From: Callorhinchus milii | Taxonomy: Eukaryota | Reading direction: 5' to 3' | Assembly: GCF_018977255.1 (NCBI RefSeq) | Contig: NW_024704742.1 | Span: forward strand, 57,228,001-57,292,000 | DNA length: 64,000 nucleotides | Shown here: positions 12,064-25,710 of the stretch, one piece after another | Layout: each line of letters begins with the position of its first letter | How positions within the stretch are numbered: the stretch's first letter is position 1 | The notes under the pieces: generated by a model | Seen by the model: the letters and a program-made list of their open reading frames with translations, nothing else | Database searches by the model: none | Told to the model about the DNA's origin: nothing | Made by a program: the position numbers and the translations under genes

Positions 12064-14418
12064 AAATCCTAAAGTAAAGTGCAGAGGAGATCTGAAAGGC
12101 ACGATAAGTGCAAGTTGTGTTTGGCTTTGCACCAGATAAAGCTTACAAATCTGTTTCAATACCCGTGCAATCGGTGAAGTGATGTGTTATAATCGCCTAA
12201 GAAGATTACCTTAAGACAAATTGATTAGTTTCAAATTCTCCTCCAAATGCTGCCATATTTGTCAACAAAATACTGATCACCACACTTTAAAGTATGGGTT
12301 GTGAAGCACTTTGACACTTCATGTTTTTCAGACAAGGTGCAATATCAAATTTAAATTACTGTATTATTGTGTTACAATTATTGGGTAGAGATCTGGCTGC
12401 CTGCCTAATATTAGTCTGTATAATACAGTCCAGCAGTCAGAAGATGTGATAATATTGTACTAAATCATTTGAGCACTGAACCCATTTTCTCCTCTCTCCA
12501 CTTACAAACTTGTGTCCACATGCAAGGACAACCCTGGAATGGCAGTATGATTGCATACTTCCTGCTTGCAAAGCTACTCAAATGGTACCAGCGTTGAACT
12601 GGTGCCACCAGCATTCTGACAGCACTGGAGTAGATCACTGTGATTGTTGAATGATTTTCCTCAATGAAATTGCCTCAAATGCGCAGGGCAGAATGTTTAC
12701 AAACGTCCTGTTTTCTGGAATTCAATCCAAGCTGATATGTTTAATGATTGTTAAAACATTTCTTATAACCACTTCATTGAAGATACATTATTTTTTATAC
12801 ACTATACAAAAATGAGTTTCAAGAAACGCTTACAAATTAAAATACTGTGACTTGATTTTTGTTTGACAGAAAGTGAAAAGTAAATGGACAGAGATTGAAA
12901 GTTGTCGATAAAATCATTATCCCACATGGTTTATTCACTAAATCTCTCTTTCTTCTTATTTTCAACAAAAGTACATTTGTCAGGTTTGGCACTTGATCTG
13001 TTCTCTACACCAAATGTTATCTGGTGGTTGCATAAAAAAAGTTTGTCTCTGCAGCTGGAATGGATGATCAGGATTGGTGGAGTGAAAACCACGCGAGTGT
13101 CTCGCAACTTGTATAACCTCTGATTAAACCAGCAGCAGCAGCTTGTAGGACTTTGAATTTTCAATGTTTGTGTTGACTTTTTTCAACTGCAGTGTTGCAA
13201 GAGCTCTCAGCCCTGAAAATTGTATTTTTGCAGACTTTTGCAAAATAATGTTCACCCTTGTTCTGTTTCTCCTCCCCCCACCCACCCAACCGCACACCTA
13301 GGTTTCATACACAGAAAATGTACAGTCAATTCACTTTACAGTATATTCTGCAAAGTGCTTTGAGACGTCCTAAAAGGTGATAAAGTGCTGTATCAAATAT
13401 TATTATTGACTGCTATCCAGTCTTGGTTTGTGAGCAGCCTGTCTAGTTTCACTCTGCTTTATTTCTGTAGAATTGTAAGGCTCTCAAAGGAAGTACTCTA
13501 TCTAGTGTTACATTTTCAAATCAACCCAACATTTTTAAATATATAGTGCTCTCTCTCCAGCTTGAATAGCATTTTAACAGCAAAATTATTTATTCTTTTG
13601 TTCACTGTTAATGGATTATGATGATATAAAATGGGCCACAAGCCATGAAACTTAAATAACGTTCATTCCACTGCAGGACATATTTCTGCAGTATGATCTC
13701 AGTGGCTTATATTGGTAGCTATTCTATGCTTTACCCATTACCTTAGCCTGCTTCATACTGTACTTTGGAAGCCAGAGTGTATTCAGTTTCCACTGCTGCT
13801 GAATTATTGTACAATTGATTTGGCCTGAACTATTTCTAATAATCTCAGTAAATCAGATTCAATAAAACGGCTGGCTAGTTTCTCCGTAATGCTTCCACTC
13901 CATAATTCTTTACTTTGAAATCTATTAAAATGAGAAAAAGGTATTGTAAGGATATACCTTTACCATGGAGGAGGAAAAATGAGACATATTGTCATGTTTC
14001 AGATGTTCTTGTTTAACCTGGATGAGACCCAACTGTGCGCAGCATCATTATTATGCATGGAAGTTGTGCACTAAACAGTGTTTGTTCCGAGTAAGATTTT
14101 GGGCAGAATTGAAGTGTGCAAACATGTTAAAAAGTGAAATGAAGGAGATCAATTGCTACACCAAGTCTCGCCCTGCGTAGTATGAAGTAGCCCAGGTTTC
14201 CATTTTGTCCCCAAGCAATTTTGAATATAATTTATTTTTGAAAAATAAAATGTGAGGGGTAAAGCATTACACACAACATCTCTTCCACAAGCTGACAGCG
14301 TGGTCTCCTTCAGAAGGTTATTTTGTTCTGAAAGCGCTCCGAGACGCTGCCCTGCGTGAAGGGCCTATATAAATGCAAGTTGTTGTTGTTTGGCATTGAC
14401 CTGGGGTGAATCTGGTAG

Positions 14419-14597
14419 ACAACAACAACAACAAGATTGCATTTATAGAGCGCCTTTCACGTCGGGAGGACATCCCAAGGCCCTGGACAGTTGGGTCGGG
14501 ACCCGAGCAGGGGGGAAATGGTCAGGGTGGGGGGAGGGAAGAGAGGGAGCGAGGAGGGGGTAGAGAGTCGAGAGGGGAGCTGAAGGCGCGGTTGAAG
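14419..14597 (-). mobile_element. L2 LINE 3' end
   Basis: Same 3' UTR and tail as 10933-11100. Confidence 0.85.
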
Positions 14598-15839
14598 TCT
14601 GTGCCTCACTTTCCTGGTCGCTGACCCATTTATCCATCTTTCTGTAATCCAGCATTCCATAATATTTCTCGTACTGTATCTCTGTTCCTTGGAATTATTT
14701 TTAAAAATATATGTCTATTTTTCTGCGGTGATTTTAAGGCACACCTGGTTACAATTGTGTTATATCCAGCTACCAATACCATCACCAAGTGAGAAAGGAA
14801 TTTTTAATGCTGCATTTACAATAGGGATTTAGTTCAATAACTGCATTTTCTGCAGTGGACAAGGAGATGCTTGTAGGTTCTAATAGTTTTTCTTTGGTAA
14901 TTCTCACCTACTGTTGGCTAAAGGTAGAAATGAGGTATACCACCCCGTTGAAGTCTCTGATGTTTTTTGGTTTACTGGGGCAATTATTTTTGGATAAGAA
15001 AACAAATCACTCCATACGACTGAGCCTTTACTGAAATTAACTTGATAACTTAGCAATCAAATACCGTATTTTGTCGTGTTAGTTGCCCACACGCAGATTG
15101 TTGCCTTTGCTAAGAAAATGTATGCAGTTCAGTCCACTTGTTCATTCAGAATAGCCGCCCCATGCACGCGAGCAGCACATAACAATCCCCATACCCACTT
15201 GCTGACCTTTATAACACTGCAATGAGTTCATTGTGAGCTTGGGGAAGAGTGGGAGGAGCACGGCCTGCTATCCTGGCTTGCTGCCAAATGGACAATTGAA
15301 TGGTTGACTTTGAAGGTTACTACAGGGCACAAGCTTAGGTTTCCTGCAGCCTTAAAAGCTTAGCGCTGTATAATATCTTGAGCTTTTTTTATTTCAAAAA
15401 AACTGTGCCTTCTCAGTCAGAAGCGAGACATCCTAGTGTTCAGTACTTTTTTCGGCAGTCGGGTGGGTATCCGATACATGCGGAAACGCATTACCCTGCT
15501 TCAGAATATTCAAAACACAGTTTTGTGCATCTCACTTATACGTGGAAATTCCAGAGATATTTATTGGAATGGATATTTTTCCGTACGTGATGGAGTGCTT
15601 ATCACTTAGTAAGTAGGTAGTGGGCTGAGTAATTACTTCTGTAGTGTTTAGTACTCTGTTTTGACATAACATTGAATAATCTGAAAAATGCATCCATTGT
15701 GTTCCTGCTGGCTGGTGTATAATACTGGATTTATGTGGCAAAGTACAGGGGGGAAATTACAGCTCCTCACAATTCGCTCTCTTTCTCTTGCCGCTCCCCC
15801 TTTTTCTTTGGCTATTGTACGGCTGTTGAATCAGGATTT

Positions 15840-15900
15840 CTATAAATAAGCTCCAGGATTGTGCCGACTTCTGCCGCTGCACATCTCTACCCAGGTATGT
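15840..15900 (+). promoter_or_regulatory. Candidate TATA/MEF2 promoter with a short non-coding first exon
   Basis: CTATAAATAA (TATA box overlapping YTAWWWWTAR) at 15840-15849, then donor CAG|GTATGT at 15894/15895. Confidence 0.35.
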
Positions 15901-17959
15901 TTAATTAAAGCTTGACAAATCCCTCAAAGCTGGTGCCAGGCAATGGTGTAGCATCAGAATTGATGCACAAACATGTTGTGCTGTGATGTGGCTTTTTGAG
16001 CCTGTGGTTGCATTTATTGCTGGCATAGTACCCAACCACCTTCCCAGGAGACATGAAAATGCTTGATGTAAAAGACAAACTTCCTTAGAGACTGTAGAGC
16101 TTGTTGACTACACCTTTCTGCAGAGCGAGAGGTGGGGTAGGGACTGTTACTGTAAGATGGCTGTTTGTTCATCCACTGTCGGTAAATGTTGTTAAGGGCT
16201 TTGTGCCTGACGTGTGACTGAAACAGAGTAAATAAAGCTAGATCTGGTGAGATTGACTCATTTTTGTTCTTGGTGGGGAGGTTATGAAATTGCATTTAAA
16301 TCATAATTTCTTTAAATGCTTGTGTCTGGAAAAGGTAGATAAAAATACAAAGTTGCTTTATAGACAGTCACTATCTTTATGCTGGTTAGCCATCACAAGC
16401 CACACCACCACTTTCGGCATGTGGGCAGTATAAGACAGGTAGCATTATTCCCTCTGGAGTTGGTGTGATTTTCTTACGATTGCCTCCCTGTCCATTTTGG
16501 CAAATTAAGTAGTGTCCATATTGGTTTGCCTTTGGAGATGCTGAAGGGTTAAGTGACTGCTTGTTTGTACAGGCCAGAGGAGACAGTTTTGTATTCACTG
16601 ATCTGCATAAACATTCCCCCGTGCATTGAAGGCACGGCGGGCAGCTGTGTAGTGTTTTTTTTCTAAACTGGGTGTTGTGTAACATTATGGTTCATAGAAC
16701 TTGGGCTCCTCTGTAACCCCATCATGTGCATTGATTTTTATAGTCAAGAGGGGTTGGCAATAATAGATCAAGAAGATATTTGGAAGTACAGCAACAGCTT
16801 GCACTCATAAAGCACCTTCAATGCAGGTAGCGTCTCAGAGCGCTAAATACAGCTTAGAATATCCTAATACAGTAGTGGTTTGTTTCTAGAATGGCAGGGT
16901 GTGTACTGCATACACAAGCTTGCACTTTCAAGTTGGTTTCACTAGAGAGAGAAAACTGGAACGCTGTGCTCTTTTTTTTTTCCTTTATCCACCCTCATGT
17001 CTAGAGATCCCAAGACCAATTGTAGGGACTTCTGTAACTACCCGGGTTGAATCTTATAAACAGATTATCTATATAAACAGGGAATTAAACATTGTGATTT
17101 TCTAGTCTGTAAAGTTTATGCAATGCATCTCTTTATGACCTCTGATAAATGACTTCCCACCATGGAATTCAATCACCAGTAGAAACTGTTATCTTCACTG
17201 ACTACTAGCTGCTAATCTACTGAAATCTGCCACTAGTCTGATCAGTTTATTCTCTTCCCCACCCCACCCCCACCAAAAGTTGTTCTAGATGTGTCTACAG
17301 TTCTTACCGAGATTCACTGCAAAGATTGTGGCATTAGACAATGACCACATTGAACGGATGCCAAGCATAATGTTCTATGCTTCCGTGAAGTCGTCGAGCA
17401 TTGTAAACATCAAATTAAAATGGGTATTCAGGAGGGACAAAGGAACACCAGTCCCAAACATCGATTGCTGCCTTGCCTAAAGGATAGTGATCTTCTCTTG
17501 GCTGCTGACAAGCAAACCTTGAATTGTTAACGACCAGTGCAGAGGCGACACATTACCCAAAGTGTTCACTAAAATTGTGTAATTAGAATCAAATGAAAGG
17601 TTAGGTAAAGTCTGTTCATTTGCAAGAAAATCGTGGATTGCAACTTTCCCCCTCTATCCTTTCCAGTCAGTAATCCCTAATAATAAGGGGCTGACTGCCA
17701 TCACAGTTGCTGTTCCAGTGACTTTCTAGATCATTAAATCAGAGCAGTGAAGCAAAACTGTATTTCGATGTAATGTTCAAAAATATCCTGAGTTTGGTGT
17801 TTGGATTCTATTTCTTTTTAACCTTGTGATTCCAGACTTCAGTGCTTGTTTTGACTTGAATCAGGTCAGTAATTGTTTACGGTAATTAGTTTTCCAGTAT
17901 TGTTGGCAGAATTGAGAGGGAGGCAATGATTTGGGTGTGACTTGAGTTACTAATAATAG

Positions 17960-18629
17960 ACTGTCTTCCCCCACCTCCACAACGTCACCGGGCTTCGTCA
18001 CTGTCTCGCACCGTAGGCTGCTGAAACCTTCATACATGCCTTCATTACATTGAGGTTCGACTATGCAAACTCATTGCTTGTCGGCCTCCCCAACTCCTCC
18101 CTCCACAGGCTGCAGATCATCCAGAACTCTGCAGCCCGTGTCCTCTCCCGCACCAGGCTCCGCGACCCTATCACCCCCATCCTTGCCCGACTCCCCTGGC
18201 TTCCCATCACACAGCGGATACAGTTCAAGATCCTGCTCCTCACCTTCAAAGCCCTCCACGGTCTAGCTCCCCCTACCTCTGCAACCTCCTAACCCCCCAT
18301 CAGCCTGCTCACTCCCTCCGCTCAGCGGGCTCCAGCCTGCTTCACATTCCCCGCCTTGCTCGCTCCACTAGCCAGGCGGGCCTTCCAGCACTCTGCACCC
18401 ACCCTCTGGAACTCAATCCCGCAATCCCTCTGCCTCGCCCCCTCCCTTGCCACCTTCAAGACCCATCTCAAGACCCTCCTCTTTGACCGTGCTTTCGATC
18501 TCCCTGCTTCACCCCTGCTCTCCACCCTCCCTGACTCCCAGCTCAGGTCCATAACTCTGTCTGTCCAGCGCCTTGGGATGTGCTCCTGATGTGAAACGCG
18601 GTATACAAATGTAATTTTGTTGTTGTTGT
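17960..18629 (+). mobile_element. L2 LINE 3' fragment
   Basis: RFDYANSLLVGLP..LQIIQNSAARVL..ITPILARLPWLPI; (GTT)n tail. Confidence 0.9.
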
Positions 18630-18803
18630 AGACTGAATTATTATAAAGGAGAGAATGTTAGCCATTTGTAGCTCCCAATGCAATCGGGTATTAGCAAAAG
18701 GTAAGTGTGTTTAATATGCACTCTGAAATCTAACAATGTCTTCAAAATGTGAGCCTCATCAAAGAACTACGAATTGCACAGTGCCAGTCTCGTATAGGAT
18801 TGT

Positions 18804-18908
18804 GAAACAAAAACAGAAGTCGCTGGGAACACTCAGCAGGTCAGGCAGCATCTATGGGGAAAGGAAAGTGAGTCAACGTTTCGGGTCCACGACCCTTTGT
18901 CAGAACTG
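18804..18908 (-). mobile_element. Single-arm copy of the same Penelope-like element
   Basis: Near-identical to 2159-2248. The minus strand reads AGTT-CTGACAA-A-GGGTC-GTG-GACCC-GAAA-CGTT-GACT. Confidence 0.7.
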
Positions 18909-18964
18909 GGGCATGTTGGGAGGGAGAGACTTTTAAGGACTCTGACCTTTCCATCCACAGTCGT

Positions 18965-19200
18965 AGACATTTGCATTGCGGAAAGAGTCCATGCAGTCTA
19001 TCGAGTCTGCATTGATTCTGAGAGCAAGGTGTTTGTTCAATCCCACTGCCCTGCCTTATCCCCATAACCCTTCAAACCTCAATCTTTCATATACCTCACT
19101 ACTTCCCTCTTAAAACCCACAATGGACTCTCCCTCTACCACCTTCCTGGGCAGTGCAGTCCAAATCCCAACAACGGAGAGGTAGAAAAATTCTATTTTAA
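18965..19200 (-). mobile_element. CR1 LINE 3' end
   Basis: VVGIWTALPRKVVEGESIVGFKREV. Confidence 0.75.
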
Positions 19201-19534
19201 GTGACTTATTTTTCCTCCCCATCCCGATTCTCCTTCTCCATCCCCACCCCCATGTGCTGCACACTTCATTATAATGAATATGAAAATGTTCTGTTTGAAC
19301 CAAGCAATTGGTTAGGTGATTTGCTCTTATTTTCCCCTTTCCTCCCCCTTAACATCCATTCTGCTTTTCACTCAGCACAGGAATGTCAGCTCCATTGGAG
19401 GCAGTTATTAAATATAATTCATCTTAATGTGATTAGTAGTTTTTGAAATATAATTAATCTTAATGCGTTTTTCTAATTCTTTATAGATTATGTAAAGTAT
19501 TTTGCAGCAGGAGCAGCCACTTGTGTTAATTGTT

Positions 19535-21135
19535 ACCATCTTGGGCAACTTTAATCTCTACTTCACCCCTTCTTGTTCCATATCTGCTGACTTTTCATCC
19601 CTCCTGTCCTCTCTCAACCCCTCCCTCAACATCCATTCCACCATTCACATCCATGGCACCCCACCCAGACCTGAAGCCTTACCGTCTCTGATGTCACCGT
19701 CACTGACAAAATACATTTCATATCACTATTTCATCTCACTTAACTCCTCCATCTCCCTCCTATTTGCACAAAGCCCCCACCCTATCCCTCCCTCCACTCG
19801 TTTGACTCTGTCTCCCCCTCTTCGCTAACCTCCATCATTTTCCATTTGAACCCCACCACCTGCTCTCTTGACCCCATCCCTACCGCTCTCCTCACCTCCC
19901 AGCTCCACCTCCTTGCCCCCCTACTAACAGACCTTGTTTATCTCTCCCTGTCCACTGGCACCATACCCATCCCCCTAAAGTAGCCGTAATAATAATTATT
20001 ATTATTATACCTTTCCCACCATCTGCACTTTGTGGCCACCAACAGCTTCTCCTCTAGCCCCCGCACTATCACATGTAGCGTCCCTTGGGGCTCTGTCCTC
20101 GGTCCCCTCCTCTTCAATCTACACATGCTCCTGCTAGGCAATGTCATCTGCAGGCATAGGGTCAATTTCCACATGTATGCGGATGACACCCAACTCTATC
20201 TCGCCGCCTCCACCCTCGACTCCAGGACCATTGATGTCCTGACTAATGTCTGTCTGACTTCAAGTCCTGGATGAGAGCTAACTTCCCCCAGCTCAGTGTT
20301 GACAAGACAGAGGCCCTCCTGCTTGGCTCCCGGAAGCGCCTCCTCACCTCAGCCGCTGACACTATCACCTTTCATGGCTGCGCTGTTCACCTCACTAAGC
20401 CAATCCCAAAAGTTGCTGTTCTTTTTGACCCTCAGGTATCCTTGAAACCCCACATTTGTGCCTTTCCACACGTCTGCAAACGTTGCCCGCCTCCTCCACT
20501 GCCTCTCACTGCAGGCCGCCGAGACCCTGATCCACGCTTTCATCATGTCCCTGCTTGACTACGACAACTGCCTACTCACTGGACTTCCCAACTCTTCCCT
20601 CCACAAGCTGCAGATTATTCAGAACTGCAGCTTGTGTCCTCTCCCGCATCAGGCTCCAGGAACCTATCACCCCCGTTCTTGCCCGGCTTTACTGGCTCCC
20701 CATTCCTCAGAGAATTGAGTACAAACCCTCATTCTTACCTTCAAGGCCCTCCACGGTCTTGCTCCTCCCTACCTCTCCAACCTCATAACCCCATATCAGC
20801 TTGTCCGCCCCCTCCACTTGGTGGACACCAGCCTGCTCCCGGTCCCTTGCACTTCTCATTGACGGTTGGGCATTCAGCATCTCTGCCCCCACGCTCTGGA
20901 ACTCTATCCCGCAATCCCTCTGCCTCACCCCCACTCTTGTCTCCTTCATGTCCTGTCTGAAGACCTTCCTCTTCCACCGTGCCTTTGGCCACCATCCCAA
21001 GCCCGCCCCCCCCCACCCACCTCCCCTTCTGACCACGACTCCCAGCTCGGGTCCAAAAGCCCTGATTGTCCAGTTCCCTGGGATGTCTTTCTGATGTGAA
21101 AGACGCTATACAAGTGTAATTTATTGTTGTTGTTG
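19535..21135 (+). mobile_element. Fragmented L2 LINE (degenerate 5' pieces plus RT/C-terminus and tail)
   Basis: LGNFN (GDFN-like), VPWGSVLGPLLF, HMYADDTQLY, APTLWNSIP; (GTT)n tail. Confidence 0.85.
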
Positions 21136-21499
21136 TCCATTATGTGCAGTTTTATGCATTAACATTTCCTTCCTTTTAATTTAACTATGCTAATTTATCG
21201 TTCAGAAGTCTCTTCTTCCAGTCCGATATCATTTGTCTATTCTGACTGAACTTGATTGTACAGTATGATGATTCTGCTGTAAATTCTCTTCAGGGTTCAG
21301 GTCAATTGTTTTGTATGTCAGCTGGCTCAGTTGGAAACTCATACAGTCGGAGCTGAGATGTGTTGATTTTTGTACTTTCTCCCGAGAAGGGAGAAGAGAA
21401 GAAGTTCCGCTTGGTATCCTGGCTAACAGTTCCTCAAATAAAACTGATCATTCACTTTATTCATGTCCACAAATCTCTAAAAGTAGGTACATAGGAAGC

Positions 21500-22020
21500 T
21501 GAGGCTATATTAAAAAAAAGCCAATGGTGTCTTGAACTTGATATCCAGAGGCATAGGATATAATATCAAGGAAGTAATGTTGAATTTAAACAAAATTTTT
21601 CTGCTATTGTTATTAGGGTGGACTAGATAGGTGAGGCCTTTTTTTTGCTAGGGAAGAGACATTTAAGGGTGGACCTAATAGAAGTGTTTAAAATTATAAA
21701 AGGGTTCGATAAAGTTAGCATAAATGGGCTGTTTCCACTGGATGGGAAGTCCATAACCAGGGGACACAAATATAAGATAGTGACTTGGAGGTCTAAAAGA
21801 GAATTTAGGAGGAACTACTTCACACACAGAGTAGTGAGATTTTGGAACTTGCTGTCTGAAATAGTGGTTGAATCAGATAATGTAAATGTATTCAAGTGGA
21901 AGCTAGACCTTCACACAAGGGAGATGGGAACAGGAGGGTATGGGTGAAGACTTGTGTGGAGTATAAACACCAGCATGGATTGGATGAGCCGAGTGGCCTG
22001 TTTCCATGCTGTACTTTCTT
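21500..22020 (+). mobile_element. CR1-clade LINE 3' fragment
   Basis: LRVDLIEVFKIIKGFDKV..TRGHKYKI..RRNYFTHRVVRFWNLL; CR1 3' hairpin. Confidence 0.85.
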
Positions 22021-22264
22021 AATCTTTGTCAATGGCTGTTTGAGGGTCAATGCTTGTACATTGGCTTCCAAGTTCGCCCAAAGTCGCTCTACTTTACTAT
22101 ATACCCATCCTATGATGTTGTTTGTAACGTCATCCTGATGTGAAAGGTACTATACCAAATGTAAGGTTTATTATTCTCATATTGGATGGACAACAAATTC
22201 ATTGAAAAAGCAATCTTGGAGGTTTCTAGGATTTAGTTACTAACCTGTGTGGAGAAGTGGAAGT

Positions 22265-22582
22265 GGAGTCCTGTAGCTCAGTGGTTAGAGCACTCACTTT
22301 GCAAGTGAAAGACCTGAGTTCAATTCCAGGCAGAGGGCGAAACCTTGGGCAAATTTCCTTACTCCACACGCCTCATAATAATCCCTCCAAAACCCAAAAC
22401 AATAATAAAAATTGGTCATTTACAATCTACAACTGTTTGTGGGACATTGCTGTGCGCAATTGGCTGCCGCGTTTGCCCACAAATATACAGTCAATTCACT
22501 TTACAGTGTGCTCTGTGAAGCGCTTTGGGACGTCCTCCCGACGTGAAAAGCGCTATATCAAATGCAAGGATTATTATTATTA
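22265..22582 (+). mobile_element. tRNA-Ala-derived SINE with partial Deu-type core and L2 tail (young family)
   Basis: A-box TAGCTCAGTGG, TGC anticodon loop, B-box GTTCAATTCC, core CTGTTTGTGGGACATTGCTGTGCGCAATTGGCTGCCGCG, (ATT)n tail. Confidence 0.9.
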
Positions 22583-23156
22583 TATTATTATAACCTCAGG
22601 ATACAAACATTTTTTTTCTTTTCCTCCCCTTGATGACTTATTTCCTAATATTTCTACAAACCTTGTGGAATAGTCTTCAAATATTTTTCAAGAACCATAA
22701 AGGATCTCATTGAACCTAGTTTTGATTGCAGTCAACTTAATTTTCCTGAAGCTACATCTGTAATGAAAAAACTTATGGGTGTACATTTCTTTGTGTCTAC
22801 TTACCCACTCCCACCAACAAGTTTCTAGTACAGTAATATTTTTTTGCAGTGGGATATTTAACATTCTCCAATTTTGTTGCTTTGTTTGGTTTCTTGAATA
22901 CTTCTGTTGAGTGCGAAGGTTGGTTATTAAAACAATAACTTTCAAATTTTTCAGCACGTTTACCTCGGGTAATGGACTACCAATAATTCCGTCAAGTGGA
23001 ATGCTTCTCCTTTGTGATCATGGAGCCTGTGTTTATTCTTTATCAGCTTTAAGTGGGTACTTGAGAACTTAAGCATTTCCAAATGTGAAGTAATGCTGGT
23101 TACTAGATGTTATGAGCGAGTATCAACATTACCACACAAAACAAAAAATTGATGAA

Positions 23157-23456
23157 ATAATAATAATAATCTTTGCATTTGATATAGCGCTTTTCACGTC
23201 TTCTCGACGTCTCAAAGCACTTCACAGAATATGCTGTAAAGTGAATTGACTGTATATTTGTGGGCAAAACGCAGCAGCCATTTGCGCACAGTAGCGTTCC
23301 ACAAACAGTCGTGGATTGAAATGACCAATTTATTGTTTTTTTTGAGGGATTATCATTAGGTGTGTGGGGAAAGGAAACTTGCCCAAGGTTTTGCCCTGCC
23401 TAGAATTGAACCCAGGTGTCTTGCTTGCAAGGCGAGTGCTCTAACCACAGGACTCC
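23157..23456 (-). mobile_element. tRNA-Ala-derived SINE (young family)
   Basis: Reverse complement of the 22265 copy. Confidence 0.88.
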
Positions 23457-24347
23457 AATGAGTCCCCTCTCTCTCCTTCTTTCTTTCTACTGACTTTATT
23501 TATACTGCACCAGAAAAGCTAAGAATGCTATTGCACATCATGGGAGTGGACCAAAGTGAACATTTTTTAATTTGACAATTTTTTGTTTTGTCCATTATTT
23601 AAATAGCTACAGATGGAAAGGGCTTATTTAAAAATATTTTTTTTAAAAAAAGCCATAAGAGGTTTTGCTTTATTTTCTCTCCTTTGGGCTTGCAAATTTT
23701 CATTTAGACAACTAGGCACTCCCCATTCCTGAAACTTGAGCTCTTGAAGCAGACTTGAACAATCTGCCGTGAGAGACCAACCAGTTCTCTAAAACATTCC
23801 ACAGGCAGAATCTGCTAATTTAGAATTTATTTTGCACCCCAAAGCTTGTATGAAGTCATTCTCTTCAATTGAAAATCTTACTTTAGATTTCTTTCAATAC
23901 GTTTTCTATATTGTGAGTTCAATGCTGTAGTAACTTGGCAGACAGATTACATTGCCTTGTCTCGCCTGTATTATTGCCATCTGTGCAGGATTTCCATTTG
24001 TGTCAATTTTCAGGTAATGAATGCTAATTGAGCTTAAAAGGGAAATGTGGTAAGAAATTACACTTTGATCTAAACAAAGAAACGAGTTGGGTCAGAATAC
24101 TCCTAATGACTCATAAAAGATATTTTGGGAAGGAGTTAAAATTTTAAATCTTTCAACACTTCTGAATAAGTTAGAAAATGATGTATACTAGAGTCGAGTT
24201 CTAACACAGTAAATAAACTCCACATAAGTCGTATCAGTCGGGGACATTCCATTTAAAATGACTTGCGCAAAGTCTGAGTTACAGGCAAACTATAGAAGTT
24301 GTAAAAAATCCAATTGTAATCACTGGGTAAGGAATTCATTCAAGTAA

Positions 24348-24630
24348 GGTCCTGTAGCTCAGTGGTTAGAGTTGAACCTGAGTTCAATTCCAGGCAGGGC
24401 GAAACTTTGGGCAAGTTTCCTTACTCCACACACCTAATAATAATCCCTCCAAAAACAATAATAAAATTGGTCATTTTCAACCTACGGCTGTTTGTGGGAC
24501 ATTGCTGTGCGCAATTGGCTGCCGCGTTCGCCCACAAATATACAGTCAATTCACTTTACAGTGTATTCTGTGAAGCGTTTTGGGACGTTCTCCCGACGTG
24601 AAAAGCGCTAAATCAAATGCAAGGATTATT
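24348..24630 (+). mobile_element. tRNA-derived SINE with anticodon-arm deletion
   Basis: Same family, deletion between the A and B boxes. Confidence 0.88.
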
Positions 24631-25454
24631 AAGTGTGTGAGCAATGGAGGGTTGGGGAGTGGCATTCTTAGTTAGGAGGTGATTAATATGAGTATTGTAT
24701 AGAAATCTAAGTAGTTTTGATAGGAAACTGAATAGGACTCAGATGAATGTACAATTTAGGGGTTTATACGAGTTATAAAGATAAGACTTATTTAAGTTTT
24801 ACTGTAGTTTGGTTCCTTGAAATCCCAGCACTTTCAGGTTTCACCGCTGATGGACACAGAAAGTTAGTTTGCTTCAAAGCACTGGGCAGCTTTCTCTGGG
24901 CATTTTAGATTTTGGGGTTAAAAGAATGTTGGTATTGTATAAACACAGCCATGGTTATAATTGAGTGTGTTTATAAATAGAATGAGTTATACAAATGAGT
25001 AGGAACTCCTAACTGTTTAAGCATGGGACTGTTGCATTTACATGCTCTGATGCTCAGTTCTTGGGCTTGAGTGGAGAAAATATTCTGCAAAGGAAGGGAA
25101 CTGATACAGTTGGGGGAGTTGACAGCTTTCAATCAATTAAGGGCTTTAACACTGACGTAATTGAATTTCAGCCTTTTATTCCCAAATTATTTGCTGAAAA
25201 AAAAACAACCTGCAGTTACGCCCATCATTACATCTCTTGAATATCATCACACCCCTGAACTTGGAGCATGACACCATGCTTGATTGGAGTACTGGCACAT
25301 TGCTAAGCCACAAGAGATACTGGGCGAGGGTTTGTCTGGCACTTAACCTAATCTCAAGCATGAATTTCTCAGTTTATTTGCAAAGGTTTGATTTCTAAAT
25401 CCTGTTATTAGATTTAAATCTAATGAACTTAAATTTCCACTTGTTGCTGAGTCA

Positions 25455-25710
25455 TAAACAAGGGAGTATAACTATAAGATAGTCACTGGCAGATCTAAAA
25501 GAGAGTTTAGGAGAAATTTTTTTTAACCCCCCACAGAGGGTGGTGAGAATGGAACTCAATGGAAACTTGATGCATACACGAAGGAGAAGGGAATTTGTGA
25601 TGTGAGAGGGGATTAGGAGGGATTGTTACTCATGTGGAGTATAAACATTCACACAGACTAGTTGGGCTGAATGGTCTGTTTCTGTGTTGTGATTTTCTAT
25701 GTAATTCTAT
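25455..25710 (+). mobile_element. CR1 LINE 3' end
   Basis: Homologous to 21760-22020; TTCTAT-type tail. Confidence 0.7.
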
